64,000 bases of DNA from Klebsormidium nitens (taxonomy: Eukaryota > Plantae > Klebsormidiophyceae): assembly GCA_000708835.1 (NCBI GenBank), contig DF237256.1, forward strand, positions 2,738 to 66,737, in the 5' to 3' direction. Of the stretch, positions 11,301 through 24,112 are shown piece after piece. Every line of letters starts with the position of its first letter. Positions within the stretch are counted from its first letter, which is position 1. The position numbers were made by a program, and so were the translations under genes. Below the pieces are notes generated by a model. That model did no database searches and was not told the DNA's origin. It was given only the letters and a program-made list of their open reading frames with translations.

Positions 11301-14300
11301 GGCTCGGCACGGCAACGGAGTCTCCGTTCACGGACGCTGCCAGCCCGTCCGCAGCAGCCCAGGCAGGGATGCGGACGTTGATGGTAGCTTCCACTCCGTC
11401 CGAAAGCTCCCCCTCCGACTCATCTCCCGGCGCCGCAAAGCCCCCTGACACGTGGCGCTTTCTCGACGTGTCGTGCGACTGAATTTCGAGGGTGACGCTC
11501 AGGAAAGCGTCCTCGGCCGTTGGATGAAGGGTCGTCTGATGAACGATGAGCCCTGCCTCTTGCCAGTGAAGCGTGCTGGACTGAAACTGGGCGACGAAGA
11601 GGGAGGGGGGCGAATTGGCGCTGGATTCGGGTCCCTGGAAGTAGAGGTTCTCGCCCAGCTTGGAGAAGAGCTCCACGCCTGCAGAAAGCAGACAGATGCA
11701 AGCTAGTGAAGGGAATACAAATATCTTCCCTTTCCAAGTCCTCCAATCCATCAAAATAGCTTCAAAGCTCTTTTTCGCTCCAGAAACCCGGAAAGTCGAC
11801 GACCCTAAACCCCTAAAAACCCACTCGAAATCCCGCGCGCTCACCGGAGCCGTAGCAGCACCAGAAGGCCTGCTCGGGCGTCCCCCAGCCATGCCAGCCA
11901 CGCGCTTTGGACACCCCCGCCCCGAGCGGCGTCATGTAGATCATCACGCCCGGCTGCGTGCCGCGCTGCGTGCCGATGATTCCGTTCTCCGTCGCGCGCT
12001 CGATGAAGTCCGTGTAGTTGGCGGCGCGTGAGTAGCGGAACAGGTTGCGCGCGACCTGGATTGTGGGTAAGTGAGGGTCAATGACTAACTGAAGGAAGGG
12101 TATGAAAGCGATTCGTGTAGTGGGGGGCGCGCGGAGCGGAGCGCGACCTGGGGTTGCAGGGAACACTCGGAGGGGTTGATCGATCCAACGATGGGTTAAT
12201 GAAGTGTTCGACGTCTTTGACGGCGCGCAGGATGGGTGCGGGCGACCCGGGAAGGACTGGAGGGCTGTGTTCACCGGGCGTCAAAAGGGGCCCTTTTGAA
12301 GTGCAGGATCGAAACTAATTGGAGGAGCGCCTCACAAACAGAACTGCTTCTCAAGGAGAGAGGCCCGTTCGCCAGACAGAACGACTCCCTCCTAAGTGCC
12401 GCGAAGAGCAAAGACCCCGGTTTTCCGGTCGTCTCGAAGCGTTCGAAGGAGGCGGAGCTCCGTAGCGAGCTCGCAGTAGGTTCAGCTGCTGGGTCTCCCT
12501 GACGAAGCCAGAATAAAACTCAAGAAAAATAATAGTAAGCCCAGATAATAGCAAGGTAACCGCACTGCGACGGGTAGGGTTAGTATGGTGGTTAGGGTGG
12601 GTACGGGTGCGGAGCGGGTGTTTCATTTAAGGTTAGGGTTTTTAGTGTTAGTCGGAGCTTACTATTATCTTGGCTTATTATTATTTTTCTTGAATTATGA
12701 AGCCAGATCAGAGCCATGACATGTGCGCGGTTGGGATGGCGCTGACCTTGATCATGTTGTACGTGGTACACGTCTCCTGGTTCTCTTGCTGCAGGGTGTC
12801 GCCCAATCGGTGGGGGTCCTGCCTGCGTTTCAGAAACGATGCACAAACATCATGAACAAGAAGGGAGGCCATTGAGGACGAGTTCTCAGGGTTCTGCCTG
12901 TAAGAACCCTTGATCAACATGCGAACCTGCTATTTGAGTAAAGTCGAAGTGTCTGCCGGTCCGGCACTAGGCAAAGGAGCGCGCAAACACAGCCGGCTCC
13001 TGACGGCACTTCTTATCACACTTGTCAAGTCACAAAAGCGTTCAAACAAAAGAAGGCGACTGGCGGTCAGCTTTGTGAGAAGCGAAAGCTCACCAGAACT
13101 CCCAGCCGGACGTCCCTCCCGTGGAGTACATGTGCGTGTGGTGCACTTGGTCCATGAACGTCTTCGACATGGCCTGCGCAGAGGGATCCGCGTGTCGGTC
13201 AGCAATTCAACCTTCGGGTGCGTCTGATATTTCCGGTTTGAGGGCGCGCTGAAGAATTCCGAGCACTTCCGATGGCCAATTCCGTTCCTTGTCAAGAAAA
13301 GCTACATCCTATAGCAATCCAGGGGTGCGCAACCACAATGGAGAGTTTTCTTGTTTCGAGCGCAGCTAGTCATGATCACTAGCCAGATAGGATTGCTCTG
13401 CCCATGCGACTGGCACTCTATACCCCAGACACTTCAAACCTTGCCATCAAGCACCGACGGCTTTGATCCTCGGCAGAGTGGGTCCTGACAAGGCGAAACT
13501 CAACCCGCTTCCCAATCTGTGCCGTACATCGAGAACAGCGGGCCCTTTCCCATTCCGTCCGTCTCCGTTCCATTCTTCTCTCCCTTCTCTCCTGTTCGTT
13601 TTTTCCCCCGAACACTTTCCAGTGTATGCCCCTTCAACGCCTATACTGGTCCACAATGGCGGCGCTCACCCGGTAAGCGTCGTCTCCGAGCAGCTCGTAC
13701 CGCGCCTGCGCTCCCACGACCAGCGGGATGTGCGTGTTCGAATGGAAGCCGGACAACTCGTCCGCCTGTGGAAAACCCATGAACAGATTCCTTAAGCTCA
13801 GTGGTCTACTTAGCCGTCATTCGGAAGAGCATCGTCTCGAAGGTTTCATTCGCGGCGAGATTGGGCCGGGGATCACATACAGCGAGCAAAGACACCAGTA
13901 TCCGCGGCTTGACTAAGAAAAGCACCATCGTTTCCCAATCGGAGTTGGAGCAGATTCGGATTCCATTCGGATTACCAAAGCTTGAAAGCATGGCTTTAGA
14001 CCGCCGTAAGCAGACTGCGTCAATGAGTCTCTCGGAAACACGTCCCTCGACCTTCACATTCGGCTGTAGCTGCTTTGCAGGACCCAGAAAATTCTTGTGA
14101 CTCCAGATTGAAAATTTCGATACTCGGAAGTCTTGCTTGACTCCATTTGCAATGGAGTCTCTTGGCTGTGCTCGACCCAACACGCACCTCACATTCTCAA
14201 GGCTCGGCCTAAGTGACTGTAGAAATAAGAGACGGGAAGCTTGATTGAATCTGCGCACCTCCATGGTGAGCGGTCCCAGGAAGCACGGCTTGTCGAACAG

Positions 14301-17125
14301 ATGCGCCAGCTCCAGATGGCTCTCCTTGCCCTGCACGGAGAAGAGCTTCTTACCTTTGGTCTGAAAAAGTGGAGATGCAGAGGCGCAAGAGCGCAGACTC
14401 TTTTGCAGATTGGTGACTTGTGTGGACGGCTGACGCCTCAAGCAAGGGAATCAGAGCCATGTGAAGATTGTTTACGTGACTCATGTACATGATCAAAATG
14501 GTATGACGAAATGCGGCGCGACATACACCCTCGTAGCTCTTTTTCAACCACGTCCTCCATGTTTCCGCCGAAAACGTCGACAGATAGTCATACGGATGCT
14601 CACACCTCTAGGTATTCTTTTTGCTTGCACCGCCCGCCTCAAAACGGTAAACCATATGTTCTCGCAACGGTTGCGCTCACAGTGACGTGGTACAAGTTGT
14701 AGAGGACGTCGTTCATGCCGCCGCTCTCCTCGTTGAGCGAGTCCCAGTGCCGGTTGATCGTGAAGCGCGTGATGACGTCATCCACGCGGGCCTTGAAGTA
14801 GTCCGCCATGCGCACCACCACGGCAAGCGCCAGCGCGTCGCCCGCAACCGTGTACTGGTCCAGCAGCCCGGCCATGATCTGAGGGAAGAATATTTAGTAT
14901 GATTTATATAGATAATTTTCATCAATATATAATGAGAATATTGCTGTTCTTCTGGTACTCGCGGCTCGCCGCTAGCACCTCCTCAGATTCTTTGATTCCC
15001 TCAATAATGTATTGGTGATGTATCCTTCCGATGACAAGATTTTTGGGGTGAAGGGAACCTCCAGATTTGATTGGACTTGTGTGAACCAGGATGTTGGTGC
15101 TTGGAAGTCTTGGCGTTCAGCAAATTGTGAAGGTCACGCAGGTTGGCCAAATCTGTGAAGTATCGTATTGAGCTCCGTATTGGGGTTCTCAGACCTCAAT
15201 GCCTGGAATGAGGGGACTCGAACTCGGATTGAGATCGTTTCCGAATGCTTTGAAGCCTTAGGTTTGGAGGTTGGAGGTTTGAAAGCCCGAGGCGAGTAGA
15301 GTACTGACAAAGTCGCACAGAAGGGAAGAGAGAGAAAACGTTCCGGGTTTATTGGAGCACTCCGTGGAATACGCCAGGAACAACGAAAAGCACTGTAGGA
15401 CCTGTCTTTAGGCCAGCTATGCGAAGTTGGTGACCTGCGACATGAGGTGCTTTCCAGGCAGTCCAGAACTCACAGCCCGACAAATCTACGAAATTGTGCC
15501 TAAGCAGTGTACCTCACCTTGTGTATTGTGTAGTATGGTGCCCAGACTGGCTGCAACGCCTCCACTCGGTCAAACTCCTCGGTAGGAAACGCAGACAGAT
15601 AACCTGTTCCCATGTGGTCTTGACACTCGGCGAGCGCACGGACCAGGTACTGCATCTTGGCGTGCAAAGTGGTGTTGCCTGTGCCGGCGTACATCAGGGC
15701 GGAAGCACTGAGGTAGTGCCCTGCACAAAAAAGCAGGAAAGGGTTCGAATCTGAATAGACCTTTGACCAAAGCCAAACTATTGAGGTTCTCGATGAAGGG
15801 GCCCCAGAAAGACCCTGACGAAGCTTTAATCAACATGTATCAATCAACTGGAGGAAGCATCTCTCAACCCTGGAGATCAAACTAAACCGGGAGTCCAATA
15901 GTCAGAATCGAATCAAAGCTGTCCAAACTGATGCGCGCCCAAAGTTTTTGAAAAGTCCCAACATGCTCCTTGGATACAACTTCAAGACGCGCTATTCCAT
16001 AGCAAGCTCTGGGGACGGAGTGTCTCACCTACAAAGTGGCCTCGTAGCTCGCCCTTGGGGTCTTCCCAGCCACCATACGGAGCGCTTGGAGTGGCAAGCC
16101 CTGCTGTTGCACGGAAACTGGGGGAGACAAACAGAAGCACTGTGCATGATTCAGGAGGGGCAGCGGAATGAACCAGAATTGCAGATTCTATTGAACTGGA
16201 AAGCACGTAATGGTCAATTGTTTTATAGACAGAGCTCACTTGCTAAATTCAAGAATATGTTCTTGATTTGATTTGAAGCTTGCGTTGTAGAGTGTAGGCC
16301 TGGAAGTACTAGTGTCCAACATTTGCTTAGCTGGCAGCTCGAAGCTTCGGCTCTAGTTAGCTGAGCTCGTGTCCACAAATATTCACAATAACTCGAAAGC
16401 CCAAAAACTTTTTCAAAGGATGTTTGACAAGGAAGGGAGGACTTGGTCAGAGTGCATTGGACCATTTCAAAAAGCAAGGTTGAAACTTGGATTCTCCTTC
16501 ATTGACCAGAAACAGGTGACGGTGGTGGTGGTCAAACTTTTGAGTTTGCGCTTGTGTAGGAATATACGCTGTATTCCTGCGCAAGTTCTTTCAAAATTGG
16601 TGATGGCGCCACACCAAAAATGTTTTTGTTGAGTCTGAAATTGGTCAGCACGTACAGTCAGATTTCAATCAGTGAGAGTGACTTCTACAAGCAGACTTGA
16701 TTGCAAGTGGTGTACCTCCAGACCAGTCTGTCAACGTCCAAGTACAGCAGGTACTCCAGGTTCGTCTGCTGCGCTCTCTCATACTGCGAGCCCTTCAGCA
16801 GCCGAACGTCATGCAACGAAAATGGGCGCAGAAACGTCTCCGGCAAGCTGGCGGGGCTCATCTGTCCACTCCTTTCCCCCAACAGCTTTCGACTACTTGC
16901 AACTCCAGCTATTGCAGCTTCAGAATTCCTTGGGACAGGAAGGGAAAGCCTGTCAGCTCTGACACGTGTTGCATAATCAGTGGTGGCATCGTCATATCGT
17001 CCCAGCAGCTTGAGCATCGCTGCTTCGCGGCCCATGCCGCCATTGTTGCACACCTTTGCTGCCGAGCCATGGGCGAGGCTCAGAAGCAGAAGAGCCGCTA
17101 ACACGGGGGGAAGAGACGACGCCAT
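8302..17125 (-). CDS. Secreted glycoside hydrolase family 127/146 (DUF1680) beta-L-arabinofuranosidase-like protein with AbfB/CBM42-like C-terminal region
   Basis: Signal peptide MASSLPPVLAALLLLSLAHGSAA. Family motifs QQTNLEYLLYLDVDRLVW, YGGWEDPKGELRGHFVGHYLSA, NEESGGMNDVLY, AHLFDKPCFLG, HSNTHIP, ENQETCTTYNM, FWCCYGSG. Plant-type C-terminus YHPMSFIAK/GQHRDFLLFPIQAYRDESYTAYFDHV* with stop at 8302-8304. About 15 exons with GT-AG junctions. Confidence 0.93.
12520..12693. mobile_element. Intronic stem-loop/MITE-like element, copy A (36-bp inverted arms, telomere-like core)
   Basis: Arms 12520-12555 and 12658-12693 match 33/36 as inverted repeats. The core gacgggtagggttag...ttagggtgggtacgggtgcggagcgggtg...ggttagggtttttag is shared with three other loci in the window. 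Confidence 0.75.
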
Positions 17126-17662
17126 GACCGCTCAATTGTCACATTTTCTCGCAAACCATTGCTTGCATTGCCATTGACTCTGAGCAAACACAAAGCTAGC
17201 TGGGCTGTGGGCACAAGGGAGGGACCACCCAACTAGAGGCGCGAGATTGAATGATCATTGAAGACCGTTTCAGACCGTCTAAACGGGAAAGGTCAGCAAC
17301 AGAAGCTGGTAACGGCTACGGCCTTGCCAAGCCTTAAAATTGGAGGCTGGAGCAGCTTTCACTGTCAGCGCGCAGGGTCAGGATTGCAACTCTAGGACCT
17401 AGAGCCTTTTCCATGGGCAAGGTTTTGAACAGCGCACTGGGAGCACTCACAGTTCCGTTTTGTGGTGTAGCCACGCTTTACCTGCTTCAGAAGAAAAGAG
17501 AGATTGCGAGAGAGGGCACGAAGGTTCACGTCAGTTTTCGACTGGGCGCGCCTACAAAGAATTAGTGGAAGAACCTGCAAGCTTCCCTTCAAGAAAGCAA
17601 TCATCTCTCTGATCGAAGGTGGTGCAGTCTGAAACAAGCAAAGGACGTTGAGTGGATTCACA

Positions 17663-18814
17663 ATGAGGCCATTAGATGAAGAGGAAACAAAGGCTGTATT
17701 TGAAAAGCTCTATCAGTATGTTGGAAAGAACATCAAACACTTGATTGAAAGGCCAGCTGGAGAAGGCAAGGATGATGACGGGCACTACTGCTTCCGGCTT
17801 CAGAAGAACAGGGTCTACTATGTTAGCGAGGTAATGCTTGGACTTTACTCAAATGAATCGTTCATCATCGGTCAGGTTTCTGCTTGTTGCCTGCCTCCGA
17901 TGTGCATTTCAAAGGTATGCGCGTCACTGGCGGTATACAGCCAGGGTCTTCCGGATGTCAGTTTGGCGTCTTGTTGAATTGTAACCGTCCTTTATTGCAG
18001 GCCTTGGTAAAGAGAGCCACGAATGTGGGCCGAGAGCATCTTGTGGCTTTGGGGACCTGCATAGGGAAATTCACAAAAGGTGGCAAGTTCAGGCTAACGG
18101 TCACCTGCTTGGACCTTTTGGCTGCACACGCAAGATTCAAGATATGGCTCAAGCCTTCCGCTGAGATGTCCTTTCTGTATGGCAACCACGTGCTAAAGGC
18201 GGGCCTTGGACGAATTACAGAAAACACCCCGCAGTACCAAGTGAGTTGTCGCTGTCGGTAGCCTTGCTTCTACTTATGGCGGTGAAATTGTTACTACCAC
18301 CACCCTTGCATCGGAAGGAGAATCTCGTTGGTCTCTAAGCTGCCTGCTAAGCAGTGAACAGTAACTGCAAGTACCTGCTTCTCTGATTATGCAGACAAGG
18401 AGAGGTTTTCCGGAAGAGCACGAACCTGTTGTGTCCCTGGGCTTCCATTCAAACGCAATTTTGTACTATCGTCAACTTATTCTGCCTGATTGTGCAGGGA
18501 GTGGTCATATACAACATGTCAGATGTCCCCTTGGGCTTTGGAAGCACTGCAAAGTCAACACAGGACTGCCGGAAACTGGAGCCGAATGCAATCGTGGCCT
18601 TTCATCAAGCTGATATAGGTGAGCTCCTTGAGAGCTTCTCAGTGTGCTTTTGGCAATGCAACATCTCTTCCCCACCCAGAGTTTGCGAAGCAGAATCTCA
18701 TAACATGCATTTGCTTATCTTCAAGATGTCATGACGTCTTATCCTGACCATCTCATGTCAATGAGTGTGCTCTTTGCCACAGGGGAGTACTTGCGGACGG
18801 AGGATGATTTGTGA
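17663..18814 (+). CDS. NIP7: 60S ribosome subunit biogenesis protein NIP7 (PUA domain)
   Basis: Four exons: [23 protein letters not shown]...[13 protein letters not shown] / ALVKRATNV...[21 protein letters not shown]...[32 protein letters not shown] / [15 protein letters not shown]...VAFHQADIG / EYLRTEDDL*. Confidence 0.96.
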
Positions 18815-19752
18815 ACATGCTGCTCTATCATTGGTCACCTTTCAGTTTCTTGTTGGCACAAGCGAAGCGCGCTTGTGTTTCATCTTCGCAGTACGAACTT
18901 CCGAGACGACATTCGTAATTTTGTGGTTAACAGAAGCAGCTAGACTCAGTGATTTTAGTTCTTCAAGTTCTTTAACTTGCATCCTTGGCTGCGTGATTGC
19001 TGAAAGCGTGACAAATCCACGAACAAATCAACTTCTAGTCGAAGTTGACTAGAATGCTCACATGTGGAACCTGCGTCATGGTGCAACCAATGTAGCTTAT
19101 AACGAGTACTTGATGCAGGCGTCTTAGTATGTCTTACATATCTGTTTTACTTGGCATAGCACGCATGCTCATCATGCATCTCAAATTGGGACGATTGTGC
19201 CTGGCACTGCGTAAGAATCGATCCGCGCGCAGTGCACTTAGACTGATATGGCGGCATATTTGAGTACAACAGTCCACTTTCAGGCCCGTGAAATTGAGCA
19301 CTCTCCATCACATCGAACGGCTAGCCAGTAGATGCTTTGATAATTCAGTAGCTCACATGAACCATCCAAGATGGCACTAGCCTGTATTAAAAATGTCGAG
19401 AGATTAGTCCGATGTGGAATGAATCACCCTATGCAGTAGTATTCTGCCGCCAAATTGATCGATCCGAGGGTGGGCCCCAGCCGACCCTTGGGACTCGGAA
19501 ACACGTCACGATGGCTATGCATGCCGGTCGTGAGAAGACTCTCTCAAGTTTCATACAAGGTAGAACTCGCTTCAGCCCATAATAAGTCTAAAGCCTCTCA
19601 ACCGCTGAAGCAGCCAGCAGTTAGCCGCGTTTACAGTTGCACTTCAAACTCTGTGCAAGATGGAGAATCTGATTGTTATCTTAGCAATAGGAGGCTTGGT
19701 TACTGACAGAAACAAAATCGAGCTCTGCAAATAGCAGATCAGCGCAAGACGA

Positions 19753-22700
19753 TCAGGCCGCAAGGCCTCTGTACCTCAGGAGTACTTTATCGTTCCCTAG
19801 TACGAAGCCTTGCTTATCGTTGACGAACCTGCAAAGAAAAAAATAGACGGGTGTCACTCGAGCTTCTGAAGCCTGAGAATCGAAAGTACCAACGGCAAAA
19901 GATAGGCAACGGTCAGTTTTCGAAGGGAGCGAAATGCCGAAATATCTGGGGGTGGCCAGTGAGTCGAAAAGCGACAAGTCGACAGCTTCTTAGTTGAACC
20001 TCACCGTACGGCATAAAGGTTGGCCGCGATATTATCTGCGAGCTTGTCGCGGGCCCAGTTCTTCCCGCCATCGGTGGTCTTCAGCAGGATGCCACTGCCT
20101 CCAGCGGCCCAAGCCTCATTCTGCAAGCAGTACGGTGCCTCACTTCACGTCCTTAAAGATACGCCAACATATGAGGGCGCAACACGACACATCTTACAAC
20201 ATACACAATTTGCACGGGCTCAGTTCTTCGATTGTCATATTCGTGCAGTTGCAGAGCAGGTAATCAACAGCCTTTGGCTATCTCAACATTGCTTCCTCTG
20301 TCGCTCCATCTAAGAACTGGGGGAATCATCAACCGAACTCACGGAGACTTCAAGCGATTCAAAGAGGTCCCTGAGCGACGTAGAGCGTCACGGTTTACCT
20401 GGTTCCGATAGCCGACATCCAACACCCCAAAGCCTCTGGCTGCGATCTTAGCCTCCACAAAGCTCTCGGTGACCTGCAGTGCAACAGAAGCAGACCAGAC
20501 GGCATAAGTCTCACCGTCGCGAACCTGACCAAATTGCTTGTTCATATTAACGGCAGGACCGACATTACGTATCTAGCGGCCTGTAAGCCGGCAGACCGAA
20601 ATCAATCAGTCGCTCAGCAGCTTGCTGCGTGTCAAACTGACATGTCAACCTGTTCGCATACTCGCAAGAGAAGGTCCCATTTTTGCCAAACTATTTGTCT
20701 CACTCAGCAAATCGCAAGAGTTTCGAGGGTACTTACTCCTGTCCCTTCACTGAAGAAGAGGCCTCCACCACGCGTGAGCAGCCAAAGGCCTCCGTCAGCT
20801 CTCCACCCCATGTTCTGGATACGGCGCGCATTGTTGCGGTTGTGCGGCACCCAGTACGACTGTGCGAAAGATAGGGAAGCTACAGTCAGTCATTCTTACA
20901 GACTATCTTAGTGTTTTCTGCACTCACCTAGAAGGGAACTTTGCAGTCTTTTTTTCGAAGGGACTGGACGATGTAAGTCCAGGCTACCGCCATAATCCGC
21001 AAACAGATATGAACCCCTGTTCTTGAGGAGTCCTCTGAAAGCCTCAAAACGTCTACCGTTGGCAGGAGAAGTGATGCAATCATCACGGGTCAAAGGCAGC
21101 AGATGCTGTTAAGACAGAAAATGGACGTCAGGTTAGCCATACCTGACCAGGCTCCCAGGTCATGAAGAAGTTGCCTCTGCTAGAAACGGCAACATAGGAG
21201 CCGTTCGGAGCCCTGTTCACGCTGGAGAAGGTGCCAGTGTAAAAACTGGCTCCGCTGATGCCGCTGGAGACCGTTCTGCGGGCAAGAAGGGAGAGGGTCA
21301 AACAACAAAAGAGCAATCTGCCCTATGCGCGGAATATTGGTTACACAGCATCTTTTCAAGGAAAGCATTGTGAGACGACCGTTAAACCTCATGCCTAGCA
21401 ATTGCACATGTTATATTTTCAGCTGCCTAACAGCAACTTATCGGCCTGACGAATAGAGCATATCGGAGAAGAAGCCGTCAAGCCCCTCGACCAAGATCAC
21501 AGCAAAAGCTTGAATAACCTGACTCGTGCTGAAGAAAGTCAAATGTGCGTCGAAGAGATCTTACGAGAAAGAAACTGCAATGGTGCAGACTGTCTGTTGA
21601 GGTATCACGCAATCTGAATCGGATTTTAAGCTATTGAGTCACAATTAGTACCTGTTCAAAGTTGCCGAAACTGTCTCCTCTACAGCAGCCTTCCATGTGT
21701 AAGCACCGTTGGAGGTAACGTAGATGGCGCCCTCGTCTGTGATCATCTCGGCACTGTCCTTGCCAGTGGCCGTGATGAGCACCTGCAATGGCATCCACTG
21801 TCAATCTCACGACTCACGACGGGCATGGCAATACGTTGTAGTCCAGAGAAGTGAAATTCAGTAGTGTTGATCTGTCCCCGAATATGGGTATCAATCCTAG
21901 ATGACTCGCATTCGCCCTTCAGTGTGCTCTCTCTGACGTAAGCACCACCCTTTCGACCATTCTAGCTTCTCCTTGCGGTTCATAAGTGATCTGACGCATA
22001 ACTTAAGGCATGTGTTGCTGAAACCTGCAGATGTAACTGCAGTGTTTGCAGATGTGAGAGCAGTGCAATGCAGCATTCGGCCTCCTCGCCTAAGTGCTTC
22101 AAGAGCAGAGGATGAGGACCTCTGACGAGATTACCCACCGGGTTCCCTGGCAGCCTCGCACTGAGCGGCACGCGCTCCCAGCTAGTCCCTCCATTTGTGG
22201 TCTTCAGGAGGATTGCAGGCTTCCCGACAATCCAGCCATCCTCCCCGTTGAAGCTGATGGAGTTGAACCGGTAGTTGAAGTCCTCTTCTTCTGCAGCGGC
22301 AATTGACCGGGGCACCCATGTCTTGCCGCCATCCTTAGTCTCCAAGAGAGTTTGCCTGGTTCCCAGGAGGAATCCTGCAGATGGACATCGGAGATATTTG
22401 AAATGCCCCTAATATTCCAAAAAGCCACCGCAACCTGGATGCTTCTTATCGAAGTAAGCCGAATAAGACTGTGATCGTGGGGAGACAAGCACAATTGCAA
22501 AGGGACAGACAGTGTAGGGTTGTCGAGAGAGTGCCAGAATGCGTACTCGCAACAAAAGCCCGATTGATGCTACCACTAGTCAGGCCACATGAAAATCAAC
22601 CCCAAAGCAGTTTCCTGGACAATGCGGTGAGCTGTGACCGCCATCCCATTTGTGCAGAATGCCTCAAGAAATTTGGATGTTAACTCGATCCACCGCTTCC

Positions 22701-23216
22701 CTTGATCAGACATTTTCAGAACATTAAGTAATGTTTTGCAAGGGCTTCACAAGGGACTCAGGCACACCCACCGTGCTTCGGGTCATTTGGCACGAATGCT
22801 ACGTCAAGCAACACGACGCCCGGCTCCAGCGGGAGCTCCACTTTCTCCCATTCTTCCAGATCAATATCAGCGGCTGTGGCAGGGCTTGAGGCACCCAATG
22901 CAGAGAGGGAAAGAGCAAGACCGGCGCTGGCAGACAGCAAGCTCCTCCTGCTCACGGAGGAGACTTCCTCCGCTGCGCTCTGAAAGGACTCACAAACAGG
23001 GGTCAAAGACTGAGCAGGTTGAGACCTTCTCCCAGAGCTTTCTTTGGCCGCCAACAATCTCAATGCATTGCCTCCCGCCCGGCAAACGGTTCCGTCAAGA
23101 CTCCGGGGAATAAGCGCTTGTTTTGTGTTCACAGACGGCGCCGCCGAACAGCCCGTAGCGTGAGTAAGGGCCAAGGACTTGGTAGCCACCGGGCAAAGCT
23201 GGGCTGCAGACGCCAT
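19753..23216 (-). CDS. HCF136: Photosystem II stability/assembly factor HCF136 (Ycf48), chloroplast lumen-targeted
   Basis: Transit peptide plus twin-Arg signal ([27 protein letters not shown]). Conserved blocks [111 protein letters not shown]. Confidence 0.96.
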
Positions 23217-23522
23217 TCCGTCGAGAATGCAGCGACCTTCTACTCCTCGCCACGAACAGTTGCGTGGAGCGCCAGACGAGCCTTCTACTAGAAGTTCTAG
23301 AGAGCGCCTACACGTCTGGAAGTCAAGAACATATCTTATGCGTGAGCTATTCAGCGTCCTTGGACTTGGAAAGGGTGGACAAACGCGATCGTATCGGTGG
23401 CGTGGACACAACCAAAGCCAGGAGCTGGTCGCCTGATCATCAGCTATGGAGGTCTAATGTGGGCCATACACCAGGTCAAGGATTGACCATAACTTATAAA
23501 CTCTAGTTCCGGTTGGACATGG

Positions 23523-23603
23523 GCCGCGGCCGCGGAACGCCGACGGGCAACGCAAATGCCGCGGCCGCGGAACGCCGACGGGCAACGCAAATGCCGCGGC
23601 CGC
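23523..23603. repeat. Perfect 35-bp GC-rich tandem repeat (2.3 copies) in the divergent promoter region
   Basis: gccgcggccgcggaacgccgacgggcaacgcaaat at 23523-23557 and 23558-23592, plus a partial copy at 23593-23603. Confidence 0.95.
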
Positions 23604-24112
23604 CGCGCCGCGCTGAGCCAGTCGTCCTGCCTGACTGTCGGCGCTGATCCACTCAACTCAACTCGCGCACCAAGCACTCATACGCAAGCAATGATTCCAT
23701 GGCTTCAAAAGAAAGGAATCGAGGAAGCACAGCGTGTCAGAAATTAGAATGCTGCTTTGAAGTTTGAGACAAATTGAGAGTCTCTCATCATCCATGCGCA
23801 ATTCTTCTTAAAGTTGAAGGAGTTGAAGCACAGCCTGCTAGCCTTCTCAAGTGCAGGGCCGAACCGCTTAGAAGCACAAAGTTCCGAAAGTTTTCTCGGT
23901 TATAAATTGCGCAGCGCCGCAATGCACTAGCAGGTTGATATGAGTAATGCATGACAGGATGGAAGGAGCAGGCGGTAAGCTTGCCCGCATCCTTCTGGGC
24001 ATAAGGCAAATTCAAGCATCTGTCATGAGCTAGCTGAGAAGGTGACAGATGCTGTACCATTGGTAAGCGGGGTTCTGCTGGGAAAGCTTTTGCTTTTGGC
24101 AGCTACCTTGAG

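Noticed and set aside
11632-11652. Exact TEV protease site ENLYFQG in the GH146 reading frame
   Set aside because: It occupies the family-conserved FSKLGDSIYF position inside a normal spliced exon, with no vector or tag sequence nearby. This is coincidence, not a cloning artefact.
13806-14441. 211-aa minus-strand ORF crossing a GH146 exon and intron
   Set aside because: Only the HLELAHLFDKPCFLGPLTME part is homologous and it is bounded by GT-AG sites. The rest is intron that happens to be stop-free.
1220-17125. Bacterial contamination as the source of the microbial-looking oxidoreductase and GH127/146
   Set aside because: Both genes have many canonical spliceosomal introns and are contiguous with plant-type nuclear genes.
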